This document shows, piece after piece, positions 9,418-22,267 of a stretch of DNA of 41,681 nucleotides (position 1 is the stretch's first letter; each line of letters opens with the position of its first letter). The notes under the pieces were generated by a model. That model was not told the origin of the DNA and ran no database searches. It saw only the letters and a program-made list of their open reading frames with translations. This DNA is from an uncultured Acidimicrobiia bacterium (lineage in GTDB: Bacteria > Actinomycetota > Acidimicrobiia > Acidimicrobiales > AC-14), in NCBI GenBank assembly GCA_963836205.1, contig CAWIIV010000002.1, forward strand, positions 1-41,681. The letters run 5' to 3'. The position numbers and the translations under genes are program-made.

Positions 9418-11289
9418 GCCGGTTTCGCCCGCCTCGCCCGCCTCCGGCTCGTAGCGTCCCCCGAGGTGCTTGGCCAGGAAGCGCTCGGCGGCGGCGAAGA
9501 ACTTGAGCCGGTTCTCGGGCTTGGCGAAGCCGTGGCCCTCGTCGGGGAAGAGCATGTACTCGTGGTCGATGCCGTGCTTGGTGAGGGCGGCCACGATCTG
9601 CTCCGCCTCCGCCTGCTTGACTCGGGGGTCGTTGGCTCCCTGGGCGATGAGCAGGGGGATGCGGATGTCGTCGGCCTTCGACAGCGGTGACCGTTCCCAC
9701 ATGAACTCGGGCTCGGTCTCGGGGTTGCCCACCCGGGTGTGGAACTGGGCGATCATCGGCGCCCAGTAGGGCGGGATCGACTCGATCAGCGTCTTGAGGT
9801 TGGACGGGCCCACGATGTCGACCGCGCAGGCGAAGACGTCGGGCGTGAAGGCGGCTCCCACCAGGGCCGCGTAGCCGCCGTAGGACCCGCCGTAGATGGC
9901 GATGCGGTCCTTGTCGGCGAAGCCGTCGTTGACCACCACGTTGACCGCGTCGAGCAGGTCGTCGTGCATCTTGGCGCCCCACTCCCGGTCGCCGGCGCTC
10001 ACGAACGACTTGCCGTAGCCGGTGGATCCCCGGAAGTTGACCTGGACGACGAGGTAGCCCCGGTTGGCCAGCCACTGGGCCTGGGGGTCGAGGCCCCAGA
10101 CGTCACGGGCCCACGGCCCGCCGTGGACCATGAGGACGGTGGGCAGCTTCTCCCGGGGCAGGCCGAGGGGGAAGTGGAGGTAGCCGTGGATCTGGAGCCC
10201 GTCACGGGCGGTGAACTCGAACGGCTCGTTCATGGCCAGCTCGTACTTCTTGAGGTCGGGCCGGTGGTCGAACAGGAAGCGGCTGTCCTGGGTGCGGCGG
10301 TCGTAGGCGTAGTAGCTCACGGGCCCGTTGTCGTTGGTGTACGCCGCCAGCCACACGTTGTCGGCGTCGTCGGCACCGATGAGCGCCATGTCGCCGTCGC
10401 CGATCGACTGGAGGAAGGCCAGGTCGACCACCACGTCGGGGTCGAGCACCTGGTACTCCACCCGGTCCTTGGTATACGTGACGAACTCGGGCTGCTTGGT
10501 GTCGGCGTTGAGGTGCACGCCCGAGACGTCGTAGTTGGGGTCGCCCACGACCAGCCGCTGCACCCCGTTCTCGGTGTTGATGAGCACCAGGTGACCGGTG
10601 TTGAAGCCCTTGGAGGAGACCGCCCACATGGCCTTGCCGTCGAGGGTGAAGTCGAGGGGACTGGTGGTGAGCGAGTCCTCCTGGTCGATCTCGAGGATGG
10701 GCCGCCACTCCGACTCCTCGTCGTCGCGGACCATCACCACCATGCCGCCGTCCTCGGTGGGGGCGAGCCCGCCCCGCACCCGGAACTGGCTGTCGGCCAG
10801 GAACCCGACGAAGCCGGGGTTCTCGACGATCTTGGTCAGCTCGCCGGTGGGCAGGTGCAGGCGGTAGACGTCGTGGAGTTGGGGGTTGTCCTTGTTGATG
10901 CCGACGAGGACGTCGTGGGGGAAGTGCTTGTCGATGTGCTCCACCCGGGCCTGGACGTCCTCGAACGGGGTGAGGTCCTTGGTCTCGCCGCTGACCAGGT
11001 CGGTGGCGTAGAGGCGCCAGTTCTCGTCACCGCCGGTGTCCTGCTCGTAGAGGATGTGCTGGTTGTCGTGGGCCCAGAAGAAGGAGCGGATACCGCGGTC
11101 CCGATCCTCGGTGACGGGGATGCCCACGCCGCCCGCGATGGGGCTCACCCAGACGTTGAGGACGCCCTCGTCGGGGGCGATCCAGGCCAGGCGGGCGCCG
11201 TCGGGGGAGATGCGGGGACTGACGCGGTCGGGGTTGCCGAACAACACCTCGCGAGGGACCAGCGGGACAGGCGGATGCGATTCGGTCAT
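9400..11289 (-). CDS. S9-family (prolyl oligopeptidase / acylaminoacyl) peptidase
   Basis: [25 protein letters not shown] (Ser), QGANDPRV (Asp), DEGHGF (His); real start MTESHPP at 11289. Confidence 0.95.
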   Translation of the reverse strand: MTESHPPVPLVPREVLFGNPDRVSPRISPDGARLAWIAPDEGVLNVWVSPIAGGVGIPVTEDRDRGIRSFFWAHDNQHILYEQDTGGDENWRLYATDLVSGETKDLTPFEDVQARVEHIDKHFPHDVLVGINKDNPQLHDVYRLHLPTGELTKIVENPGFVGFLADSQFRVRGGLAPTEDGGMVVMVRDDEESEWRPILEIDQEDSLTTSPLDFTLDGKAMWAVSSKGFNTGHLVLINTENGVQRLVVGDPNYDVSGVHLNADTKQPEFVTYTKDRVEYQVLDPDVVVDLAFLQSIGDGDMALIGADDADNVWLAAYTNDNGPVSYYAYDRRTQDSRFLFDHRPDLKKYELAMNEPFEFTARDGLQIHGYLHFPLGLPREKLPTVLMVHGGPWARDVWGLDPQAQWLANRGYLVVQVNFRGSTGYGKSFVSAGDREWGAKMHDDLLDAVNVVVNDGFADKDRIAIYGGSYGGYAALVGAAFTPDVFACAVDIVGPSNLKTLIESIPPYWAPMIAQFHTRVGNPETEPEFMWERSPLSKADDIRIPLLIAQGANDPRVKQAEAEQIVAALTKHGIDHEYMLFPDEGHGFAKPENRLKFFAAAERFLAKHLGGRYEPEAGEAGETGSADES

Positions 11290-11333
11290 CCCACCAGGAT
11301 TACAGACCGGGGTTGCTACGAAAGACTCCGTCC

Positions 11334-12735
11334 ATGACCTTCTCTGGGCGGACGTTCGACGTGGTGGTCCTGGGGGCGGGTTCGGCGGGCGAGTACGTCG
11401 CCGGTGACCTGGCCGACGCCGGGCGCTCGGTGGCCCTGGTGGAGGCCCTGCGGGTGGGCGGGGAGTGCCCCTACGTGGCGTGCATGCCGAGCAAGGCCCT
11501 GCTGCGGGCGGCGGCGGTGCGCTCGTTGGTGCGGCGGGCGGCGGACGGTGGGGGCGTGCTCGGTGGCTCCGGTGCTGGACTCCGACGAGGACGGGTTCGC
11601 GGCCGCAGTTGCCTGGCGGGACCGGGTCAGCCGGCGGGGCGACGACTCGGAGGCGGCCAAGTCGCTCGAAGGCCGGGGCGTGTGTTTGGTGCGGGGGCGG
11701 GGCCGGGTGGCGTCGCCGGGAGTGGTGGCCGTGGGGGGCGACGAGTACGGGTACCGGGACCTGGTGGTGGCCACGGGGAGCTCGGTGCAATGGCCGCCGG
11801 TGGACGGTCTGGCCGAGGTCCCGACCTGGACGAGCGACGAGGCCTTGCTGTCGTCGGAACGTCCCCGGTCGCTGGTCGTGCTCGGGGGCGGTCCGGTGGG
11901 GTGCGAGCTGGCCCAGGTGTACGCCCGCTTCGGGGTGGAGGTGACTGTGGTCGACGACGCCGACCGGCTGGTGGCTCGGGAGGACCCTCGGGTGACCGAG
12001 CTGCTGGCGGCGGTGCTGGAGGCGGACGGGGTGACGTTGTGGCTGGGCTCGTCGGTCTCGCGGGCGGAGCGCGTGGATGGGGGCGGGGATGGGGCCCGGG
12101 CTCGCCTGGTCTTGTCCGACGGGACGGCGATCGAGGCCGACCGGGTGCTGGTGGCCACCGGCCGGACGCCGAACGGGGCGGGCAACGGCCTCGAACGGCT
12201 GGGGATCTCGTTCGGCGACAACGGTGCGATCGATGTGGAGCCCGACTGCCGGGTGCGGGGGCAGGACCACGTGTGGGCCGCGGGCGACGTCACGGGCATC
12301 GCCCCCTTCACCCACACCGCCAACTACCAGGCCCGGATCGTCGTCTCCAACCTCCTCGGCCGCCCCGCCGCCGCCGACTACCGGGCCATCCCGAGGGCCG
12401 TCTACACCGACCCACCGGTGGCGTCGGTCGGCGACCCCGAGGGTGACGATGTCGTGACCGCCACCATGGACGTCGCCCAGACGGCCCGGGCCGCGGCCGA
12501 CGCCCCCGACGTCGCCGGCCGCCTGATCCTCACCGCCGACCGCGGGCGGGGAGTGCTGGTGGCCGCCGCCGCCATCGGTCCCCACGCCGACGAGTGGATC
12601 AGCGAAGCAACGGTCGCCATCCGCGCCGAAGTCCCCTTGGCGGTCCTGGCCGATGTCGTCCACCCCTTCCCCACGTACGCCGAGTCGTTCGAGCCACCCC
12701 TGAGAGAGCTGGCCGCGAACCTGGCCGGCCGGTAG
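11334..12735 (+). pseudogene. Pyridine nucleotide-disulfide oxidoreductase (LpdA/MerA-like), split by a frameshift near 11548
   Basis: GAGSAG and [13 protein letters not shown] in one frame; [31 protein letters not shown] in another; junction at GCGGACGGTGGGGGCG. Could be a sequencing indel. Confidence 0.85.
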
Positions 12736-12844
12736 ACGCGAAACGGCCCCATCCGCCAGGCTGCTCGGTGGTCCCTTGGTCGTCCCCGGAGGCGGCACAG
12801 TGGTTCGAGCCTTATGGTGGTGGTCGAGTCGTAAAGGGAGATTG

Positions 12845-13639
12845 ATGAGCGATCTGGCGGACCCGCAGGAACCCGTAACGCCGATCCCGGCGGTGCCCGT
12901 GATCGCCCACGATGGGCCGCCTGCGCTCGCCCGACCGAAGCCGCCGGCCGCGCCCCGGGGGGCACCGAAGTGGGAGACGGACGCCCGCGAGCGGGTCAAG
13001 GTGGCGGTGAAGCGGTTCTCGAAGCCTCTGGCCGACCTGGTGGCCCGGGACGCCAACGAGGGCGACACCCGGCTTCTCGTGACCGATTTCCTGTGCGAGG
13101 GGCTTGGCTACGACAAGTACACCCACCTCACCACCGAGTACGAGGTGAAGGGCGACTTCGCCGATTACGGCGTACGGATCGACAAGGAACTGGTCGCCTT
13201 CATTGAGGTGAAGCGCTGCGCCACCAAGCTGACCACGAAGCACCTCCGCCAGGTCGAGATGTACGCCGTCAACGAGGGCGTCGAGTGGCTGATCTTGACC
13301 AACGGCTCCAATTGGCAGGTGTACCACGTGACCGGGGGCCTACCAGTGGTCATCGACTTGGCCTTCGACGTGAGCATTCTCGGTGAAATGCCTCTCGCCG
13401 AGAAGGCCGGCCAGCTCTTCTACATCAGCCTTGAGTCGTTCAAGCGTCGCCAGATCGACGAGCTCTGGAAAGCGAAGCGGGCCAGCTCGCCAAAGTCTCT
13501 CGCCAGCGCCATCACGTCGCCCACGGTCGTGGACAGTCTCCGCAAGGAGCTGAAGCGCACGACCGGGCAGAACATCGAGGCGGCCGAGATCACCCGTCTA
13601 CTGCGAGAGACGGTCATTCGGCCCGACTGCCTGCCGTAG
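12845..13639 (+). CDS. Type I restriction enzyme HsdR N-terminal-domain (PD-(D/E)xK) protein, stand-alone
   Basis: NEGDTR...FL..LGYD, EY...ADY...IEVK, Q...YA...GVEW.ILTNG..WQVY; GGGAG SD before ATG 12845. Confidence 0.85.
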   Translation: MSDLADPQEPVTPIPAVPVIAHDGPPALARPKPPAAPRGAPKWETDARERVKVAVKRFSKPLADLVARDANEGDTRLLVTDFLCEGLGYDKYTHLTTEYEVKGDFADYGVRIDKELVAFIEVKRCATKLTTKHLRQVEMYAVNEGVEWLILTNGSNWQVYHVTGGLPVVIDLAFDVSILGEMPLAEKAGQLFYISLESFKRRQIDELWKAKRASSPKSLASAITSPTVVDSLRKELKRTTGQNIEAAEITRLLRETVIRPDCLP

Positions 13640-13670
13640 GTCGACGGAGGCGACAGGCATCCCTGAAACG

Positions 13671-13715
13671 CCGAAGGGGCCCCTGATCGCGATTCGCGGT
13701 CAGGAGCCCCTTCGG
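13671..13715. terminator. Long hairpin between convergent genes, probable bidirectional terminator
   Basis: CCGAAGGGGC-CCCTGATCGCG-att-CGCGGTCAGGA-GCCCCTTCGG. Confidence 0.75.
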
Positions 13716-13760
13716 ACGTCTACGAATTCGGTGAGGTCAGCTTCTCACCCTCGGGGTTCC

Positions 13761-14393
13761 CTACAGCCCCAGGTACCAGCTGCAGCCAGGCCATTGGCCC
13801 CAGCCGTAGAGGGACTGGAGCTCGCGGGCGGCCTGGTCCTGCACCGCCGGCGAGGCCTGGTGGGGGTAGCCCCCGTAGCCCAGGCCCTGCCACGTCGACA
13901 GCGAGAACTGGTAGGCGCCGTAGTACCCGTTGCCGGTGTTGATGGAGTAGTTCCCGCCCGACTCGCACTCGGCCAGGGCGGCGAACGCGCCCCCCAGACC
14001 TTCGTCGATCGGGGCGACCTCCTCGGCGGGGGCCGAGAGGGTGACTTCGATCGCGAAGACCGCGTCGAGGGCGTCGAACGCCTCCGGCTCGGCCGTGGCG
14101 ACCGGCTCCTCGATCACGGAAGCCTCGTCCGCCGGGGCCTCATCGGCCGGTGCGGCGTCGGCCTCGTCGGCCTCGTCCCTCGTGTCGAAGGTGAGCGAGG
14201 CCTGGACCTGGTCGAGGCAGACCTGCAGGTAGTCGACGTCGAGCGAGCCGTCGGCCCGGATAGACGTGGAGCCGCAGCTGGTGATGTCTTGTGCGGCGGC
14301 GGCGGCTGGCGTGGCGCCGGCTACCAGGCCTACCCCGAAAAGGGCGGTGGCCATGGTCGCGGCGAAGGCCAGGGGTCGTCGTTGCGTGCGCAT
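13761..14393 (-). CDS. rpf: Resuscitation-promoting factor (Rpf) transglycosylase-domain secreted protein
   Basis: Signal peptide, acidic linker, C-terminal LAECESGGNYSINTGNGYYGAYQFSLSTW...QGWG-like GWGQWPGCS; AAGGAGG SD. Confidence 0.93.
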   Translation of the reverse strand: MRTQRRPLAFAATMATALFGVGLVAGATPAAAAAQDITSCGSTSIRADGSLDVDYLQVCLDQVQASLTFDTRDEADEADAAPADEAPADEASVIEEPVATAEPEAFDALDAVFAIEVTLSAPAEEVAPIDEGLGGAFAALAECESGGNYSINTGNGYYGAYQFSLSTWQGLGYGGYPHQASPAVQDQAARELQSLYGWGQWPGCSWYLGL

Positions 14394-14802
14394 TCGTGCG
14401 CCTCCTTGAGGACAGCCCGGAAGCGGGCGTCAGGTTTAGCATCGGCATGCGGGCGGTCGTCTTTGAGGCATTCGGCTCGCGAACCTCGCTGCAAGAGGTT
14501 CGGGACACGTGTCCGTACGAGGTGCAGACGTAATGAACCCTCGGTGGTTTGGTGTGTGGGCAGCCCTCCCGGGGATGCGATCTGGGGCTCGCCCGTCGGT
14601 GCCATGGGCCATCGCCACCGCCGTGCTCCGGAGCGGGGGACGGCCGGCACTCCTGTCGGGAGCCGGTGTGGGAAAAGTTGTACCACACGTTTTCGGGGGG
14701 TCGCGACCAGCCGTGCGCCCCTGGACCAGCGCTTTTGTGAACCGTCTGCTGGCGGTCGAGGCCCGATCCGTTCAGGTTCCGCTTATGTCCGGTGGTGGCC
14801 CT

Positions 14803-16593
14803 TCAGGCGCCGAGCTCCTCGGTAAGGGCGAGCCACCGGTCCTCGGCCGCCGCCAGGGCGACCTCGGCCTCGGCCAGGGCGTGGGCGGCGGCGGTCAGGG
14901 CGGCATGGTCGTCGGCGGCCGTCGACAGGTCGGCTTCCAACCGGGCCCGGCGGTCGGTGGCCTCGGCCATCTCCCGCTCGGCCAAGGTCACCAGCCGGCG
15001 CAGGGTGCTGGCCGACCGGGGCTTGGCGGCTGGCGGCGCGGGCACGGCCGGGGGTGCGCTCCCCACCGAAACGCCCCCGGCGGCCCCCCCTCCGGTGGAC
15101 GGCGTCCGGGACGGCCCGCCGCTCTCCCGCCGCCGCCGACGGTCGGCCTCGTACTCGGCGTAGCCGCCGGGGGCCTGACGGGCGCCACCCACACCGTCGA
15201 GCACCAGCACGTCCTCCACTGTCCGCTCCAGGAGGGCCCGGTCGTGGCTGACGACGACGAGCGAGCCGGGCCAGCCCTCCAGGTAGTCCTCCAGCGCCCG
15301 CAGGGTGTCGAGGTCGAGGTCGTTGGTGGGCTCGTCGAGGAGGAGGACATTGGGCATCTCGGCGAGGACCAGCAGCAGCTGCAACCGGCGACGCTCGCCG
15401 CCGGAGAGGGTGCCGATGGGCGCCCACTGGGCGTCGGCGTCGAACAGGAAGCGCTCCATGAGCCGGCCCTGCTCCCACGTGGGCTGGCCGTTGGAGCCGG
15501 CGACCGCCTCCCGGACCCGCTGGGTGAGGTCGAGGTCGAACCCGACCTGGTCGTAGTACCCGATGCGGACGGTGGGGGCCGTCCTGACCCGCCCCGCGGC
15601 CGGCTCCCGGCGGCCGGCGACGATGTCGAGGAGGGTGGACTTGCCCGTCCCGTTGGCACCGACGATGCCCAGCCGGCCGCCCGGCTCGAGGTCGAGGTCG
15701 AGATCGCGGAACAGCCACGCGTCGTCGCCGAAGTGGTGGCCGACCCCGATCAGGTCGACGACCCGGTCGCCCAGCCGGGGTGTGGTCCCGCCCAGCTCGA
15801 GGTCGACCGTCGAGGCCGCCACCGGCCCTCGACCCTCCACGATCGCGGTTGCCGACGTGATGCGGGCCTTGGGCTTGCGGGTGCGGGCCGGCGCCCCCCG
15901 GCGCAGCCAGGCCAGCTCGGAGCGGGCCAGGTTGCGGCGGACGGCGTCGGCCGCCACCTCCCGCTCGCCCCGCTCGCTGCGGGCGGCCAGGTAGCCGGCG
16001 TAGCCGTCGTTGTGGACGTAGCCCCGTCCCCGGTCGAGCTCCAGGATGCGGGTGGTGACCCGGTCGAGGACGTGGCGGTCGTGGGTGACCAGCACCAGGC
16101 CCCCGCCGAAGCCGGCCAGCCGGTCCTCCAGCCAGGCGATGGCGTCGATGTCGAGGTGGTTGGTGGGCTCGTCGAGGACGAGGAGGTCGACCTCCTCCAG
16201 CAGGGCCCGGGCCAGGGCCACCCGCTTGGCCTGGCCGCCCGAAAGGGTGGCCACGTCGGCGTCGCCCAGGGCGCCCATGCCGAGGCGGTCGAGGATGGCG
16301 GCCGCCTCCCATCCCCCACCATCCGACGACTCGCCCACCGCCCCCCGCACCGTCCCCGCCGGCAGCGACGGGTGCTGGTCGAGGAAGGCGACCCGCACGC
16401 CCCGTCCCCGGCGCACCGCGCCTTCCTCGGGTACGCCTGTCCCCGCCAACGCCCGCAGCAGGGTGGACTTGCCGGCCCCGTTGCGTCCGACGACGCCGAG
16501 CCGGTCGCCGGTCGACACGGTGACCGAGAGGTCCTCGAACAGCGGCCGGTCGGGACGGCGCGCCGCCACCCGTTCGAGGTCGACCAGGATCAT
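14803..16593 (-). CDS. ABC-F family ATPase (Uup-like)
   Basis: Two ABC domains (GRNGAGKS, LSGGQ, LDEPTNHLD; GANGTGKS, LSGGE, LDEPTNDLD), no TM helices, C-terminal coiled coil. Confidence 0.92.
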   Translation of the reverse strand: MILVDLERVAARRPDRPLFEDLSVTVSTGDRLGVVGRNGAGKSTLLRALAGTGVPEEGAVRRGRGVRVAFLDQHPSLPAGTVRGAVGESSDGGGWEAAAILDRLGMGALGDADVATLSGGQAKRVALARALLEEVDLLVLDEPTNHLDIDAIAWLEDRLAGFGGGLVLVTHDRHVLDRVTTRILELDRGRGYVHNDGYAGYLAARSERGEREVAADAVRRNLARSELAWLRRGAPARTRKPKARITSATAIVEGRGPVAASTVDLELGGTTPRLGDRVVDLIGVGHHFGDDAWLFRDLDLDLEPGGRLGIVGANGTGKSTLLDIVAGRREPAAGRVRTAPTVRIGYYDQVGFDLDLTQRVREAVAGSNGQPTWEQGRLMERFLFDADAQWAPIGTLSGGERRRLQLLLVLAEMPNVLLLDEPTNDLDLDTLRALEDYLEGWPGSLVVVSHDRALLERTVEDVLVLDGVGGARQAPGGYAEYEADRRRRRESGGPSRTPSTGGGAAGGVSVGSAPPAVPAPPAAKPRSASTLRRLVTLAEREMAEATDRRARLEADLSTAADDHAALTAAAHALAEAEVALAAAEDRWLALTEELGA

Positions 16594-16633
16594 TTCGTCC
16601 AGCGTAGGAGCGGCGGCCCCGTACCCTGACCGG
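16594..16633. promoter_or_regulatory. Back-to-back leaderless promoters of the two ABC-F genes
   Basis: TACCCT (16622-27) lies 6 nt before GTG 16634; minus-strand TACGCT (16606-01) lies 7 nt before ATG 16593. Confidence 0.65.
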
Positions 16634-18274
<1,641 letters not shown>

Positions 18275-18547
18275 CAGTCGGGGGGCTCCGCCCCCCGCCC
18301 ACCCCCCGAGTCAGGGGCACCGACCGCCTTCGGCGGGCTGTTGTGTGTTCCGACAGCCGCATCGGCTCCTTCGTCGCCTGGCTGTCGGTGGGACTGCTGG
18401 CGCAGCGGGGACGCCGGCGCGTCCCCTCGTCTGAGGCTCCTGTCGGGCGTTTTCGGGGACGATTTCGGAATTGGGTCCGCTGTCCATCTACGCTGGTGCG
18501 ACGAGAGAGGTCCCTTTGACCTGCTCGCGGACAGAGAAGAGAGTGCC

Positions 18548-18748
18548 GTGGCCACAGGAACAGTGAAGTTTTTCAACTCGGAGAAGGGCTACGGCTTCAT
18601 CTCGCGTGAGCAGGGCGAGGACGTGTTCGTTCACTACTCGAACATTCAGGGAAGTGGGTACCGCTCGCTCCAGGAGGGCCAGAAGGTCGAGTTCGACGTG
18701 GCCCCCGGTCGTAAGGGCGAAGAGGCGCAGAACGTCCGGGCCATCTAG
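18548..18748 (+). CDS. cspA: Cold-shock protein
   Basis: [15 protein letters not shown]...[12 protein letters not shown]1/RNP2 motifs. Confidence 0.96.
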   Translation: MATGTVKFFNSEKGYGFISREQGEDVFVHYSNIQGSGYRSLQEGQKVEFDVAPGRKGEEAQNVRAI

Positions 18749-18801
18749 GCCAGCCGACGTCCCCCTTTTCCCCGCGGAACCCGATCTGAAGGAGGGCCAA
18801 C

Positions 18802-19071
18802 GTGGCGCAGCGCGCCAGTTTCGGCAAGCTTCAACGCGATAGAGACAAGAAGGCCAAGGCCGCCGCCAAGCGCGAGAAGCGCCAGGAGCGGTCGGCCGAA
18901 CGGGCCGACGGTACCCCCGAGGTCGTCATCCCCATGGAGGGCGAGGTCTCGGCCGCCGACCTGCTGGTGCTGGTCGAGCGCCTCCACAAGGGCTTCGAGG
19001 ACGGCACCATCGACTACGAGGAGTTCGAGATGCAGAAGTCCGAGCTCTTCGCCCGTCTCCCCATCGACTAG
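18802..19071 (+). CDS. Hypothetical protein, 89 aa (basic N-terminus, SHOCT-like C-terminus)
   Basis: AAGGAGGG SD; LHKGFEDGTIDYEEFEMQKSEL resembles SHOCT. Confidence 0.75.
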   Translation: MAQRASFGKLQRDRDKKAKAAAKREKRQERSAERADGTPEVVIPMEGEVSAADLLVLVERLHKGFEDGTIDYEEFEMQKSELFARLPID

Positions 19072-19097
19072 GGAGCGGACGGGGCTCGTCTCCCAGC

Positions 19098-19150
19098 CGA
19101 GCGATCGCCACGAACACCCCCTCCACGGGGGCACTCGTGGCGGTCGCTCG
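19098..19150. terminator. Inverted repeat between convergent genes (terminator or REP-like)
   Basis: CGAGCGATCGCCACGA...TCGTGGCGGTCGCTCG arms with an inner CCCCC/GGGGG stem. Confidence 0.65.
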
Positions 19151-19164
19151 CCCTTTCTCCCTAC

Positions 19165-19551
19165 CTACTCGTGGTCGTGGCCCTCGTGGCCGGGCTGCGA
19201 CGACGTCTTCTTGGCGCCTGACACGGGCGCGAGCTGGCGGCGCCAGTCGGCGAGCATCTCGGGGGTGCCGGCGATGCCGACGCCGCGGAAGTTGCAGCGG
19301 ACGAAGGTGCAGTTGGCCAGGACCAGGCAGCCGACGACCTCGGGTGCCTTCGGGAACCGCCACAGGATGCTGCCGATGTCGGTGCCGGGGTGCTCCCACG
19401 AGCAGTGATCGAGCGTGCAGCCGTGGAGGACGACGACCTGCGGGCCCAGGATGAGGCAGTCGGTGGCGGTGATGCCCTCGATCAGCTGGTCTTCCCGGAT
19501 CTCGAACTGGCCCAGCCGGACGGTCTGGCTCTGGAACGTGGTGTCTGCCAT
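19165..19551 (-). CDS. Hypothetical protein, 128 aa
   Basis: GAGGAG SD; repeated x-x-C-T-F/L beta-solenoid-like segments; His-rich tail. Confidence 0.7.
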   Translation of the reverse strand: MADTTFQSQTVRLGQFEIREDQLIEGITATDCLILGPQVVVLHGCTLDHCSWEHPGTDIGSILWRFPKAPEVVGCLVLANCTFVRCNFRGVGIAGTPEMLADWRRQLAPVSGAKKTSSQPGHEGHDHE

Positions 19552-19649
19552 TGATGGCTCCTCAAGTGGATCTACGGACGTGAACGGCTGGGTGCATCGA
19601 CAACCGTAGGCTCGCTAGGGTCGCCTCACTCAACCTGGGAGGTGGACGC

Positions 19650-20681
19650 ATGCGCAGAACCGTGATGGCTGGCCGATCACGCTGGCTCGTGTTGAGCGTC
19701 GTGGCGTCGATGCTACTCGGGGCCTGTGGCGACGACGACGACGACCCCTCCACCTCCGACGACGCGCCGGCGCAAGTCAGTCTCCTGGCCGGCGTGAACG
19801 ACCAGCAGGACCCCAACATCGTGGTCACCGAGTTCCTGCCCGAGGCGGTCACGGTGCGCACCGGGGCAGCCGTCGAGTGGCGGTTCGTCGGCGCCGAGCC
19901 GCACTCGGTCACGTTCCTGGCCGCGGGCCAGTCGGCCCCCTCGCCGGACAGCCCGGAAGGGCAGGCCCTCTTCGCCCCCAGCGTGCCGCCGGTCACCAGC
20001 TACGACGGCATGTCCCTCGTGAACTCCGGCCTCCTCCCACTCGGGCCCACCCCGGCGGCGCCCTTCGTCCTCACCTTCCCCGCCGCCGGCGACTACGGCT
20101 ACGTCTGCGTCATCCACCCCCTCATGACGGGCACGGTCAAGGTGGTGGGTGAGGGCGCGGTCGACAGCCAGGCCGACGTCAACGACCGGGCCGACGCCGA
20201 ACTGCGGCAGTGGACCACCGAAGGCCAGGCGGCCAAGAAGAAGCTCACCGACACCGCCCCCAGGCAGGTCGCCAACCCCGACGGCTCGACCACCTGGACC
20301 TACGAGATGGGGGCCACCACCGAGCACACCAACATCCTCGCCTTCGCGCCCGTTCCCGGCGAAGTCCGTCCCGGCGACAGCGTGACGTTCGTCAACAACA
20401 CCCTCGCGCCGCACACGGCGACCTTCGCGTCCGGCGGTCAGATCCCCCAGAACCCCGCCGATCCCGCGGTCGCGGCTCCCACGGGGCCCCAGCCCCTCAC
20501 CCTCACCGCCACCGGCGGCCCCTTCAACACCGGGATACTCCCGGCCGCGGCCCCGCCCTCAGCGCCACCGTCCGAGGCCGCCCGCAGCTTCACCTTCGTG
20601 GTGCCGGAGCCGGGCGACTACACCTACGTGTGCGTCCCCCACGCCGCCAGCGGCATGGGGGGGTCGATCAAGGCCGCCTGA
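19650..20681 (+). CDS. Lipoprotein with two cupredoxin (plastocyanin-like) domains
   Basis: Lipobox LLGAC; PHSVTF...YVCVIHPLMTG and PHTATF...YVCVPHAASGMGG type-1 Cu ligand sets; GGAGG SD. Confidence 0.88.
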   Translation: MRRTVMAGRSRWLVLSVVASMLLGACGDDDDDPSTSDDAPAQVSLLAGVNDQQDPNIVVTEFLPEAVTVRTGAAVEWRFVGAEPHSVTFLAAGQSAPSPDSPEGQALFAPSVPPVTSYDGMSLVNSGLLPLGPTPAAPFVLTFPAAGDYGYVCVIHPLMTGTVKVVGEGAVDSQADVNDRADAELRQWTTEGQAAKKKLTDTAPRQVANPDGSTTWTYEMGATTEHTNILAFAPVPGEVRPGDSVTFVNNTLAPHTATFASGGQIPQNPADPAVAAPTGPQPLTLTATGGPFNTGILPAAAPPSAPPSEAARSFTFVVPEPGDYTYVCVPHAASGMGGSIKAA

Positions 20682-20759
20682 CCCGGGCCCACACCGATCC
20701 AACTGGTGACGATCGTGGGGGTGGTAGCCCCCATCTTCGTCACCAGTTGCCTTCTTGGC

Positions 20760-21176
20760 CTAGGACCCCGACCAGTTCGTGGTGCCGGAGGACTCGTAGT
20801 GGCAGTCGCACTGGCAGGAGAAGGCGTCGGCGGCCCCGCCCATGATGCCCGCCCACCACTCCCGGCAGTCACTGTGGCGACCGGCCAGGCAGGCGGCGCT
20901 GGTGGGCTTGAGGCCGACGAGGGCCACTCCCGCGGCGGAGAAGATGAGGGCGGCGAAGGCGGCCACCGTCAGGCGGCTGCGACCCTTGGCCGGGCAGTCG
21001 ATGGTGGGGCGGATGAGGCCCTCCACCGGCGCTTCGAGGTCCTTGGGATCGCCCCCCATGAGCGGCGCCTCGCAGTCGATCGTGTCGGCGAACCGGTACG
21101 GGATCAGGGTGTACCCGATCGTCCCCAGTAACAGGATGATCACGAAGACGGGGACGATTTTCTGCTGGCTGGTCAA
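20760..21176 (-). CDS. Hypothetical 2-TM protein with C-terminal Cys/His cluster
   Basis: TTG start after GGGG; two TM helices; CLAGRHSDC...CQCDCH. Confidence 0.65.
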   Translation of the reverse strand: MTSQQKIVPVFVIILLLGTIGYTLIPYRFADTIDCEAPLMGGDPKDLEAPVEGLIRPTIDCPAKGRSRLTVAAFAALIFSAAGVALVGLKPTSAACLAGRHSDCREWWAGIMGGAADAFSCQCDCHYESSGTTNWSGS

Positions 21177-21214
21177 CGATGCCCCCCGGAGCTTTCTGTT
21201 CGGCCGGTGACTGT

Positions 21215-22267
<1,053 letters not shown>

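Noticed and set aside
9400-13068. 1222-aa ORF as one giant peptidase
   Set aside because: The upstream half is the antisense shadow of the oxidoreductase; the peptidase starts at 11289
14394-14690. c-di-AMP (ydaO) riboswitch before rpf
   Set aside because: Expected from context, but the conserved motifs were not found in the right order; kept only as an unknown-leader finding
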